From: Alphaproteobacteria bacterium
GTDB taxonomy: Bacteria > Pseudomonadota > Alphaproteobacteria > Micavibrionales > Micavibrionaceae
Reading direction: 5' to 3'
Length of the DNA stretch: 64,000 nt
Assembly: GCA_018000295.1 (NCBI GenBank)
Contig: JAGNKE010000004.1
Location: 60,016 to 124,015, forward strand
Positions 1-9,200 of the stretch are shown piece by piece. The translations under genes were made by a program, and so were the position numbers. The notes under the pieces were generated by a model. The model worked only from the letters and a program-made list of their open reading frames with translations. It made no database searches and was not told where the DNA came from. How positions within the stretch are numbered: position 1 is the stretch's first letter; the number at the start of each line of letters is the position of its first letter.

Positions 1-192
1 AAAGGGATTATTTTACTCAAAACGAAGACACTCGGAAATTTATGCTGGTTTTTGGCTTTTTTTTGGTGTAGTAACGGCTATTCCCTAAAAATTGATCCTA
101 TAAAACGGCAAAAGCCGCCGCGACACAGGTCAATGAAGGGTAAAATAAAGACAGTCCTATCAAGGGCTTGTGGTTAAAGTTAAGAGGAAGCA

Positions 193-390
193 ATGGCAAA
201 AACCGGACCCGTGGAATATCTGCGTCAGGTCAGAAACGAAATGAAAAAAGTCACCTGGCCGTCCCGTCAGGAAACAACGGTCAGTATGATTGCGGTTTTT
301 ATTATGGTTTTTTTGGCATCGACCTTTCTCTTTTTTGCTGACCAAATCATCGCTTATCTGGTCCGCACAATTATGAGCATCGGGCTTTAA
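193..390 (+). CDS. secE: Preprotein translocase subunit SecE
   Basis: 65 aa ORF with one C-terminal TM helix and the motif EMKKVTWPSRQE typical of SecE. A GAGGAAG RBS lies just upstream, and the gene directly precedes nusG as in the canonical operon. Confidence 0.85.
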   Translation: MAKTGPVEYLRQVRNEMKKVTWPSRQETTVSMIAVFIMVFLASTFLFFADQIIAYLVRTIMSIGL

Positions 391-408
391 AGGAAAAGGA
401 TAAAGACA

Positions 409-942
409 ATGGCTAAACGCTGGTACGTTCTTCACGTTTATTCAGGTTTTGAAGCAAAGGTGGCCGAAGCCATCCGCGAAAAGGCAAAAAAACAGGGTCT
501 TGAGGACAAGATTGAGGAAATTCTTGTTCCGATGGAGGAGGTCGTCGAGGTGCGCCGCGGGCAGAAAGTTAGCGCCGAGCGCAAATTTTTCCCCGGCTAT
601 GTACTGGCGCGTTTGGATATGGACGATAACGTCTGGCACCTGATTAAAAACACACCCAAAGTCAGTGGCTTTCTGGGCGCAGGCGGCAATAAACCTGTCC
701 CGATCAGCGAAGCTGAGGCCCAAAGAATTTTAAGGCAGGTTCAGGAAGGGATCGAGCGTCCGCGTCCGTCGGTCATCTACGATATCGGCGAGGAGGTCAA
801 GGTGACCGAAGGCCCATTCGCCTCCTTCAACGGCTTTGTGGAAGAAATCGACGAGGAAAAGGCCAAGCTAAAGGTTTCTGTTTCAATCTTCGGTCGCGCC
901 ACCCCGGTGGAATTGGAGTTCAGCCAGGTCGAGAAGCTCTGA
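409..942 (+). CDS. nusG: Transcription termination/antitermination factor NusG
   Basis: 177 aa. The N-terminus RWYVLHVYSGFE is an NGN domain and GPFASFNGFVEEID is a C-terminal KOW motif. Its position after secE fits. Confidence 0.95.
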   Translation: MAKRWYVLHVYSGFEAKVAEAIREKAKKQGLEDKIEEILVPMEEVVEVRRGQKVSAERKFFPGYVLARLDMDDNVWHLIKNTPKVSGFLGAGGNKPVPISEAEAQRILRQVQEGIERPRPSVIYDIGEEVKVTEGPFASFNGFVEEIDEEKAKLKVSVSIFGRATPVELEFSQVEKL

Positions 943-945
943 GGC

Positions 946-1926
946 TTAACGGGCTTTATCCTTAAAAAACGCCCAAACCTCTTCGGCGGTCTCGAAATCC
1001 TTGTTCTGGCGACCCACGATGAGTAGGAAAAGCGCTCGGTAATGGTGCTTAAGGCTTGGCTCCGTGTGGCCACCGCCAATGACCTTTATCAGAGCCACGG
1101 GCGCTGGCCCGAAATACAAATATTTCCTTGCTGTGGTGCCGTCTTCCGGATCGTGGTCCGAAAAGTCTGTAATGACCGGACGGGGATCGGCACCGTTATT
1201 TATTACCCACCATGCAACGGAATTCTCGACCGACAAAACGGTCCCTCTGTGCTTTTGTTTGGCTTCTTTTGCAACGCGCCCACCTTCGTATGGTAGCAAA
1301 GGATCCTCAGTGCCATTGATAAAAAGTACAGGAACAGGCTTTTTTAAGAATTCACACGCGCTGAATTGAGGCATAGCCGCCGCCACTGGGGAGATCGCAG
1401 CAACTATTTCTGGAGCTTCCAAGGCTACGCGCAGGGACATATGCCCCCCATTGGAAGTTCCGGTTACATAAATTCTTTTGGCATCAACATTTTTCTCACG
1501 GATCAAAGTATGAATGAGCAGTTTGATGAAGCCAAGATCATCGGAATGTGTCTTAGATGATTTGTCCTTACGACAGTCGTTCCAGTCCTTAAATCTACCA
1601 GCGCTGACAAGCCCGTTCGGTATGGCAACGATAAATCTTTCGCGACGGGCCAGGTCCAGCCAGGTACGGTTTGGATTATTATCATTCATAATTTTTTGCA
1701 CACTGCCCGTATAACCGTGAAGGACAATAACGAGTGGACGCTTTGCTTCGATGTTTGGATATGGGTCGTAAAGATCATAGGTGCGCTCGATCCCTCCGGA
1801 AATAAGCCCTATATTATTGGTGTAGTCCTTAAGATCAAACGCACGGACCGGAGGAAAGGCCGTAACTAGGAACAGAAAAAGGCAAAAAACCCCGACCGCG
1901 ACACTTCTGAAAATAAAAGGCTTCAT
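946..1926 (-). CDS. Secreted alpha/beta-hydrolase esterase (PHB-depolymerase/LpqC-like family)
   Basis: The ORF track gives 946..1944. I prefer the Met7 start at 1926, which yields the signal peptide MKPFIFRSVAVGVFCLFLFLVTAFPPVRA. Motifs are VIVLHGYTGS and the nucleophile elbow GTSNGG (GxSxG). GC is visibly lower than in the flanking genes. Confidence 0.7.
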   Translation of the reverse strand: MKPFIFRSVAVGVFCLFLFLVTAFPPVRAFDLKDYTNNIGLISGGIERTYDLYDPYPNIEAKRPLVIVLHGYTGSVQKIMNDNNPNRTWLDLARRERFIVAIPNGLVSAGRFKDWNDCRKDKSSKTHSDDLGFIKLLIHTLIREKNVDAKRIYVTGTSNGGHMSLRVALEAPEIVAAISPVAAAMPQFSACEFLKKPVPVLFINGTEDPLLPYEGGRVAKEAKQKHRGTVLSVENSVAWWVINNGADPRPVITDFSDHDPEDGTTARKYLYFGPAPVALIKVIGGGHTEPSLKHHYRALFLLIVGRQNKDFETAEEVWAFFKDKAR

Positions 1927-1931
1927 GAATT

Positions 1932-2129
1932 CTAGGCGCTCCACATAATCTTGAACTGCTCGGGCTTCAAGACAAGTTGTACGAGAGTGTTTCCGACCCT
2001 GTCCAGAAATTCAACGGTGCAGGAGGGCTCAGGCTGTTCATGGACGGCGACGATAAACCCGTGCTTGCCGCTGACCAACCCGTATTCCGGGAGATCGATC
2101 GAAAGCGTGATGACATCGTCTTTTTTCAT
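1932..2129 (-). CDS. DUF4926-like small protein
   Basis: 65 aa. The pattern D-V-I-T-L..DLPEYGL..G..G.IV....EP...VEFLD..GNT......L...Q matches my memory of the DUF4926 family consensus. Its stop lies 5 nt upstream of the esterase start on the same strand. Confidence 0.55.
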   Translation of the reverse strand: MKKDDVITLSIDLPEYGLVSGKHGFIVAVHEQPEPSCTVEFLDRVGNTLVQLVLKPEQFKIMWSA

Positions 2130-2229
2130 GGAGCCCTTTTGGGTTCAGGTTTCTTATGCCCGCGTTCCCTCTATAGTCCAGCAATCGTTTTGCGGCAAGG
2201 GAAGGGGGCAATAGAGGTTAATTTTTTTC

Positions 2230-2258
2230 TTGATTGATCGGAACCAAGAGTTTATGGT
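2230..2258 (+). promoter_or_regulatory. Candidate sigma70-type promoter for rplK-rplA (TTGATT-N17-TATGGT)
   Basis: The hexamers were read directly from the sequence, about 80 nt upstream of the rplK start. There is no experimental support. Confidence 0.35.
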
Positions 2259-2339
2259 CCGCCAAATCGTTGTGGGAGGCGTTCTCAAAAAGCCCATTGG
2301 GCGCCGCACCACGAAACCTTAACCTTTAAGGAGTAGACA

Positions 2340-2768
2340 ATGGCAAAAAAAATAACAGGTTATATTAACCTGACCATCCCCGGCGGAGCGGCCAATCCGT
2401 CGCCGCCTGTAGGTCCAGCCCTCGGTCAGCAGGGCGTGAATATCATGGAATTCTGTAAGGCGTTCAACGCCCGTACGGAAAGCCAGAAAGGTGTTCCCAC
2501 GCCGGTTGTCATCACCGTTTATGAGGATCGTTCATTTACCTTCATCACCAAGACCCCGCCCGCAAGCTACTTCCTGCTGCAGGCCACCAAGCGTGAAAAG
2601 GGCTCCGGTACTCCCGGTCGTGAAGTTATTGCCCAAGTCAGAAAATCGCAGGTGCGCGAAATCGCCGAAAAGAAAATGGTCGATCTCAACGCCAACGATA
2701 TCGACGCGGCGATGAAAATTATTGAAGGCTCGGCCCGTTCTATGGGCATTGAAGTCGTGGAGGGATAA
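2340..2768 (+). CDS. rplK: 50S ribosomal protein uL11
   Basis: 142 aa with the hallmark [30 protein letters not shown]. The RBS is AAGGAG. Confidence 0.97.
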   Translation: MAKKITGYINLTIPGGAANPSPPVGPALGQQGVNIMEFCKAFNARTESQKGVPTPVVITVYEDRSFTFITKTPPASYFLLQATKREKGSGTPGREVIAQVRKSQVREIAEKKMVDLNANDIDAAMKIIEGSARSMGIEVVEG

Positions 2769-2771
2769 GTC

Positions 2772-3497
2772 ATGGCGAAAGCAGAAAGCAAGAAGAAATC
2801 CGAAGGCAAAAAGCCGAAAAAACAGCAGGTTGTGGTCGACCGCAACAAATTCTACGCCCTTGAGGAAGCTGTAAGCATTCTCAAGACCGCTGCGAAAGAC
2901 CGTAAATTCGATGAAACCATTGAAATTGCAATCAATCTTGCGGTTGACACCAAACACGCCGACCAGCAGGTCCGCGGGATGCTAAGCCTTCCCAACGGAA
3001 CCGGCGCGAAAGTCCGTGTAGCTGTCTTCGCCAAGGACGAAAAGGCCAAGGAAGCCAAGGCCGCCGGCGCTGATATTGTCGGAGCGGATGATCTGGCTGA
3101 AAGGATCCAGAAAGGCGAGATCGATTTTGACCGCTGCCTGGCAACCCCGGACATGATGGTTCTGGTTGGTCGCGTCGGTAAAATTCTTGGTCCCAAAGGC
3201 CTGATGCCCAACCCTAAACTCGGAACTGTGACGCCGAATATCGGCGAAGCGGTCAAATCCATGAAGGGTGGAGCAGTCGAATTCCGCGCCGAAAAAGCTG
3301 GGATCATTCACGCCCGCGTTGGCAAAGCCTCTTTCGACGAAGCCAAGCTGGTGGAAAACATCCGCGCCTTCTATGAGGCGATTATCCGGGCCAAACCCGC
3401 CGGAGCCAAAGGCAAATACATCAACAAGGTGTCCGTAACCTCGACCATGGGCCCGGGGATCAAGATTGATCCTGAAACCCTTCGCAAGACGGCCTAA
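2772..3497 (+). CDS. rplA: 50S ribosomal protein uL1
   Basis: 241 aa with motifs [12 protein letters not shown] and [15 protein letters not shown]. It starts 3 nt after rplK. Confidence 0.97.
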   Translation: MAKAESKKKSEGKKPKKQQVVVDRNKFYALEEAVSILKTAAKDRKFDETIEIAINLAVDTKHADQQVRGMLSLPNGTGAKVRVAVFAKDEKAKEAKAAGADIVGADDLAERIQKGEIDFDRCLATPDMMVLVGRVGKILGPKGLMPNPKLGTVTPNIGEAVKSMKGGAVEFRAEKAGIIHARVGKASFDEAKLVENIRAFYEAIIRAKPAGAKGKYINKVSVTSTMGPGIKIDPETLRKTA

Positions 3498-3523
3498 GTC
3501 GCACTAAAGCCGAACAGTTTTTA

Positions 3524-3557
3524 AGAAGCCCGGAAAAAATCCGGGCTTCTTTATTTT
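3524..3557 (+). terminator. Rho-independent terminator after rplA
   Basis: A 10-bp perfect stem AGAAGCCCGG / CCGGGCTTCT with a 7-nt loop, followed by TTATTTT. Confidence 0.8.
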
Positions 3558-3640
3558 GGCTCTTGTCAAAGACAAAAGATGTGATTAAGAGTCATTCTCA
3601 ATAAAGAGTAACTCTTACTATCATCAGGGAGCACAAGTTG

Positions 3641-4765
3641 ATGTACCGCAAAATGACCCTTTTATCCTGTGTTGCCATTACACTCTTCAGCCCGTCTCAG
3701 GCTAAGGCTGAAGGGTACATTCTGCAAAATCTGGTCGCAAACCGGCAGATTTATATGCCCGAAATCGTCGATCCGCAGATGGTCAACGCCTGGGGTCTGG
3801 CGATCCGTCCGGCGGGAGCGGGGGGTCATTTCTGGATCAATAACACCGATACAGGAACGGTCAGCCTTTATGTTGGCGATGTGGGCGGGAAAAAGCTCTT
3901 TCAGGATGATGTCAAGCGGATCACTCTGCCCGCCGCGGACCCGAAGGCCGAGCATTCCACTCCGACGGGGCAGGTCTTTAACGGCGTCGAGACGGAGTTC
4001 GTGGTGACGCATGATGGCATCACCGGCCCCAGCAAGTTCATATTCTGCACCGAAGACGGCACGATCATCGGCTGGACTGAAAAAAAGAATGACGATGGAA
4101 CTTTTATTCGTCCCTCTCATGGCGTGATTGCCGTCGATCAATCTAAGCAGGGAGCGATTTACAAGGGGATAACCGTTTCCGTCAACCGCGAAGGCGGAAA
4201 CCGACTTTATGCGGTGGACTTCGCCAACAACCGCGTCGATATATTCGATTCCTCATTTAAACCTTTGAAGATCGAAGGAGCATTCGCACATCCAGCCGGA
4301 GTTCCCTCCGATCACGCGCCCTTCAACGTGCAGGAGCTGGGCGGTATCCTCTATATAACCTATGCCAGACTGACAAAGGAACCCGGCGAGGAAGAGCAGG
4401 GCACCGGGCTGGGCTATCTTGCGGCCTTTGACTATGAAGGCAAGCTGATCCGCGAGTTCGAGGGCAGAAAAGATCTCGACGCCCCTTGGGGGCTGGCGAT
4501 TGCGACAGCAGACTTCGGTCAGGCGTCCGGCCGTCTGCTGGTCGGGAACTTCGGCAACGGCAAGATCGTGACATTTGATCTGGAAAGCGGCAAGCAGGCA
4601 GGCGTTTTGAAACGGCCAGATGGCAACCCGCTAGAAGTCGAGGGACTTTGGGGCATATTGTTCGGAAATGGTCAAAGCCTTGGCGATGCCAACGCACTCT
4701 ACTACGCCGCCGGCCCTGCCGAAGAAGCGGACGGAGTCTTCGGTAAAATCGTCTGGACTCCCTAA
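3641..4765 (+). CDS. TIGR03118-family secreted beta-propeller-like protein
   Basis: 374 aa counted from the ATG at 3641 (the track starts at the TTG at 3638). The signal peptide ends SQAKA. The motifs NLV....D..MVNAWGLAIRP..GGHFWINN, LYITYA, APWGLAIA..FG...G.LLVGNFGNGKI, GLWGILFGNG and YYAAGP...DGVFGKI match my memory of TIGR03118 proteins. Confidence 0.7.
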   Translation: MYRKMTLLSCVAITLFSPSQAKAEGYILQNLVANRQIYMPEIVDPQMVNAWGLAIRPAGAGGHFWINNTDTGTVSLYVGDVGGKKLFQDDVKRITLPAADPKAEHSTPTGQVFNGVETEFVVTHDGITGPSKFIFCTEDGTIIGWTEKKNDDGTFIRPSHGVIAVDQSKQGAIYKGITVSVNREGGNRLYAVDFANNRVDIFDSSFKPLKIEGAFAHPAGVPSDHAPFNVQELGGILYITYARLTKEPGEEEQGTGLGYLAAFDYEGKLIREFEGRKDLDAPWGLAIATADFGQASGRLLVGNFGNGKIVTFDLESGKQAGVLKRPDGNPLEVEGLWGILFGNGQSLGDANALYYAAGPAEEADGVFGKIVWTP

Positions 4766-5001
4766 AATTATACAGAAAACCCTTGACGGGCAGGTTTTCC
4801 TTCTATAGACCTGCCCGTAGTTTACAAAAACCTGTCAGGGACTGCAGGGGCTGAAGCTTAAAAAGCCTGCACAGATAGGAAGAATAAAAAGCCAATCCTA
4901 ATATCTAAGGCCGCTTTTGTTCTTTCAGACTGATCCCCGCAGGCGGCCAAAAGGCCGCTTTAGTTTTTTGGGAATTTAACTTTGATCGTGGAGACAAAAC
5001 C
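4766..5001 (+). promoter_or_regulatory. rplJ 5' leader with terminator-like hairpin (4941-4970) and a competing upstream pairing partner
   Basis: A GCGGCC-AAAA-GGCCGC hairpin followed by TTTAGTTTTTT lies 30 nt before the rplJ start. A second GGCCGC copy at 4909-4914 could pair with the same GCGGCC. This fits an L10-leader type attenuator. Confidence 0.45.
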
Positions 5002-5520
5002 ATGGGCATGAGCCGGGCAGAAAAGAACGAGGAAATCGTGGCGCTGAACCAGCGCTTTAACGAGGAAGAGCTTGTGGTCGTCACCCAGTATTCCGGTCTA
5101 ACCGTTAAGGAGCTCACCGACCTGCGGAACGAACTCCGCAAGAACGGTGCAAAATTCAAGGTTATTAAAAACCGCCTCGCACAGCGCGCCCTGAAAGGGA
5201 CGAAGTTCGAGAAGCTGGAGGATATGTTCGCCGGCCCGACCGGCATCGCCACCTCAAAAGACCCTGTGGCCGCCGCGAAAGTAACATTTGAATTCGCCAA
5301 GAAAAACCAGAAGCTGATTATCGTTGGCGCGGGCATGGGCGAAACGGTTCTCGATCCCAAGGGCGTGGAAGCGCTGGCCAAACTGCCGAGCCTTGACGAA
5401 ATCCGCTCCAGGCTGGTGGGTCTTCTGGTGGCGGCCCCGACCAAGCTGGCGGGAGTTCTGCAGGCTCCGGCCCGCGATCTGGTAGGTGTAACAAAGGCTT
5501 ACGGCGAGAAACAAGTTTAG
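5002..5520 (+). CDS. rplJ: 50S ribosomal protein uL10
   Basis: 172 aa in the conserved position upstream of rplL, with sequence typical of uL10 (e.g. VVVTQYSGLTVKELTDLR). The start could be Met1 or Met3. Confidence 0.94.
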   Translation: MGMSRAEKNEEIVALNQRFNEEELVVVTQYSGLTVKELTDLRNELRKNGAKFKVIKNRLAQRALKGTKFEKLEDMFAGPTGIATSKDPVAAAKVTFEFAKKNQKLIIVGAGMGETVLDPKGVEALAKLPSLDEIRSRLVGLLVAAPTKLAGVLQAPARDLVGVTKAYGEKQV

Positions 5521-5568
5521 TTTTAATTTTCAGAGAAATGATCAAGTTTAAATTCTAAGGAGGAAAAA

Positions 5569-5946
5569 ATGGCTGCTGATCTGAATAAAATTGTTGAACA
5601 ACTCTCGACCTTGACGGTTCTGGAGGCTGCGGAACTATCCAAGCTTCTCGAAGACAAGTGGGGTGTAACCGCTGCTGCGGCTGCTCCTGTCATGATGGCA
5701 GCGGCCGGACCTGGCGCGGCTCCTGTCGAAGAGAAGGACAGCTTCAATGTCGTTCTCGTTGACGGCGGCGCTAACAAGATCAACGTGATCAAGGAAGTCC
5801 GCGCAATCACCAGCCTCGGCCTGAAAGAAGCCAAGGATCTGGTCGAAGCGGGCGGCAAGACCGTTAAGGAAGGCGTCAAAAAGCCCGAGGCCGAGGAAAT
5901 CAAGAAGAAACTCGAAGCCGCCGGTGCCAAAGTCGAGCTGAAATAA
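5569..5946 (+). CDS. rplL: 50S ribosomal protein bL12
   Basis: 125 aa with an Ala/Pro-rich hinge ([18 protein letters not shown]) and the C-terminal domain KEAKDLVE...[13 protein letters not shown]. Confidence 0.97.
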   Translation: MAADLNKIVEQLSTLTVLEAAELSKLLEDKWGVTAAAAAPVMMAAAGPGAAPVEEKDSFNVVLVDGGANKINVIKEVRAITSLGLKEAKDLVEAGGKTVKEGVKKPEAEEIKKKLEAAGAKVELK

Positions 5947-6128
5947 TCTTCGCCTGAAACATCAAGCATTTCCCGCATGACTTTAAGGGTGTGGGAAATG
6001 CTAATATTTCATGGAATGAAGGTTGACAAACAGCAAAACGATGGTCCATATAGCTTACAAAATTTCTGAGACAGACGTGAAACCCGTACGCGTAACGGAT
6101 TCCGCTTTGCGGAAAAACTAGGGATTTG

Positions 6129-6174
6129 AACCTGTTACCCTGATATTGAAGGGGCAACAGGTTGTTTTTGTTTG
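6129..6174 (+). terminator. Attenuator-type hairpin plus T-run in the rplL-rpoB spacer
   Basis: The stem AACCTGTTACCC / GGGGCAACAGGTT (8+3 bp with one mismatch) has a 10-nt loop and is followed by GTTTTTGTTTG. It lies 43 nt before the rpoB start, and a partial terminator is classically found at this position. Confidence 0.55.
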
Positions 6175-6216
6175 CTTGATTAGCAACTTTTGGAATTTTT
6201 TAAAAGGTGAGAAGAA

Positions 6217-9200
6217 ATGAGCGCAGCCAAGACCTCAAGAGCAGTAACGCAGGCCAACGATATCAGCAGCTTTACCGGCCGCAAGAGGATCCGGCGCAAT
6301 TTCGGGCGTATCCGTGAAGTGGCCCAGATGCCTAACCTCATCGAGGTGCAGCGCAATTCCTACGAACTGTTCCTTCAGAAGGACGTTCGTGCCGAAGACC
6401 GTGCACTACGCGGCCTGCAGGAGGTCTTCTCCTCCGTCTTCCCGATCAAGGATTTCAGCGACCGTGCGGAAATCGACTTCGTAAAATTCGAATTCGAAGA
6501 TCCCAAATACGATGTGGATGAGTGTCAGCAGCGGGGGATGACTTACGCCGCCCCACTGCGCGTGACCTTGCGCCTCTCGGTCTTTGATGTGGATCCTGAT
6601 TCGGGCCTCCGTTCGATTCGGGACATCAAGGAGCAGGACGTCTATATGGTCGATATGCCCCAGATGACCAATAACGGAACCTTTGTCGTAAACGGCACGG
6701 AGCGGGTTATCGTCTCCCAGATGCACCGTTCCCCGGGCGTCTTCTTCGACCATGACAACGGCAAGACACACGTTTCCGGTAAATACCTCTTCTCGGCTCG
6801 TGTCATCCCCTACCGCGGCTCATGGCTCGATTTCGAATTCGATGCCAAGGACATCATGTTTGTCCGTATCGACCGTCGCCGCAAGCTGCCATTAACCACT
6901 CTGCTACGCTGTCTGGACAGCGCGGAAACCGAAAAACTCCGCAAAAAAGCGGAAGATAAAGGCGAAGAGCTGGATCCTTTGCTGGTTCAGGGGATGTCCA
7001 ATGAGGAAATCCTGAAGACATTCTACGATGTGATTGTCTACGAACAGGACAAAAAGGGCTGGCGCACGGCTTTCAACCCGGACAGGGTGCGCGGAATCAA
7101 GCTGAATTACGATCTGATCAACGCAAAAACCGGACGCACTGTCGCCAAGGCCGGGGAAAAGATTACCGCACGTGCGGCCAAGAAACTGGCCGAGGCCGGA
7201 TTGGAGGAAGTCCGCGTCGAAAGCGAAAATCTCGTCGGCAACTTCCTCGCCGTTGATATCTTTGACCAAAAAACCGGACTGGTTCTCTTCGAGGCCGGCC
7301 ATGAAATCGCGCAGGAAGATTTTGCCAAACTTGAGGAACTGGGAGTCAGCGAAATTCCTGTTCTGTCCATCGACTTCCTCAATGTTGGACCCTATATCCG
7401 CAATACGCTGCTGGCCGACAAGTGCGACACCCGTGAAGCCGCGCTGGTGGATATCTACCGCGTTATGCGACCCGGCGAACCCCCGACAGTGGAATCCGCC
7501 GAGGCGCTCTTCCAATCGCTCTTCTTCGATGCCGAGCGCTACGACCTGTCGTCCGTCGGTCGCGTCAAAATGAACGCCCGCTTGGATATTCAGGCGGATG
7601 ATCAGTTTCGCGTCCTCAGTAAGGCCGACATTCTGGCGATTGTAAAATACCTCCACGGCCTGAAGGACGGTCGCGGCGAGGTGGACGACATCGACAACCT
7701 CGGCAACCGCCGGGTCCGCTCGGTCGGCGAACTCATGGAAAATCAGATGCGTATTGGTCTTCTCCGCATGGAGCGGGCGATCCGCGAACGGATGTCCTCC
7801 GTGGATATCGACACCTATATGCCCCACGACCTGATCAACTCCAAACCGGCCCAGGCCGCCGTGCGCGAGTTTTTCGGCTCATCCCAGCTTTCCCAGTTTA
7901 TGGATCAGACCAACCCGCTCTCGGAAATCACGCACAAACGCCGCCTCTCCGCCCTTGGCCCCGGTGGTCTGACCCGTGAGCGCGCAGGCTTCGAAGTCCG
8001 TGACGTGCACCCGACCCATTACGGCCGGATATGTCCAATCGAAACGCCCGAAGGCCCGAATATTGGTCTGATCAACTCTCTGGCGACCTTTGCCCGCGTC
8101 AATAAATACGGTTTTATCGAAAGTCCTTACCGCAAGGTCTCCAAGGGCAAAGTAACGGACGAGGTTATTTATATGTCCGCCATGGAGGAAGCCAAGTACG
8201 TCATCGCACAGGCCAACTCCGTGCTCGATAAGTCGGGCAAGTTTGAAAGCGAACTCGTCTCCTGTCGTCAGGCTGGGGAGAACATCATGTCCCAGCCCGA
8301 AACGATCGAATATATTGACGTTTCGCCCAAGCAGATCGTCTCTGTCGCGGCCTCGTTGATCCCGTTCCTGGAGAACGACGACGCGAACCGCGCCCTCATG
8401 GGATCGAACATGATGCGTCAGGCCGTTCCGCTGCTGCGCTCGGCCGCCCCGATCGTCGGCACAGGCATGGAAGCAACAGTTGCGCGGGATTCCGGCGCCG
8501 CCGTCTCTGCCCGCCGCGCCGGTATTGTGACGAAAGTGGACGCGACACGGATCGTCGTTCAGGCAACCGAGTTTGAAAATGCTGACGATCCTGTGGTGGA
8601 TATCTACAAACTCTCCAAATTCCAGCGATCAAACCAGAACACCTGCATCAACCAGCGCCCGCTTGTAAAAGTCGGCGACGAGGTCAAGGCGGGCGATATC
8701 GTGGCGGACGGTCCTTCGACCGACCTCGGCGAACTCGCTCTGGGCCGCAACGTTCTCGTGGCGTTCATGCCTTGGAACGGTTATAACTTCGAGGACTCCA
8801 TCCTCATCTCCGAGCGCATCGTTAGCGACGACGTCTTCACCTCGATCCATATCGAGGAATTCGAGGTCATGGCCCGCGACACCAAGCTGGGAACCGAAGA
8901 AATCACCCGCGACATCCCCAACGTCGGCGAAGAGGCGCTCAAGCACCTTGACGAGGCGGGAATCGTGCACATCGGCGCCGAAGTCGCCCCCGGCGATATT
9001 CTGGTCGGTAAGGTGACACCCAAGGGCGAAAGCCCGATGACACCGGAGGAAAAACTCCTCCGTGCCATTTTCGGCGAGAAAGCTGCGGACGTGAAGGATA
9101 CCTCCCTGCGCCTGCCGCCCGGAGCCATCGGAACAATTGTCGAAGTCCGCGTCTTCAACCGCCGCGGCGTCGATAAGGATGCTCGAGCGCTTTCTATCGA

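Noticed and set aside
1-192. Searched for a tRNA upstream of secE (tRNA-Trp is often found there) and for tRNA or rRNA genes elsewhere in the window.
   Set aside because: I found no acceptor-stem or T-loop (GGTTCGAATCC-like) signature outside coding sequence. The matches to GTTCGAA at about 27170 and 45290 lie inside rplP and glyQS.
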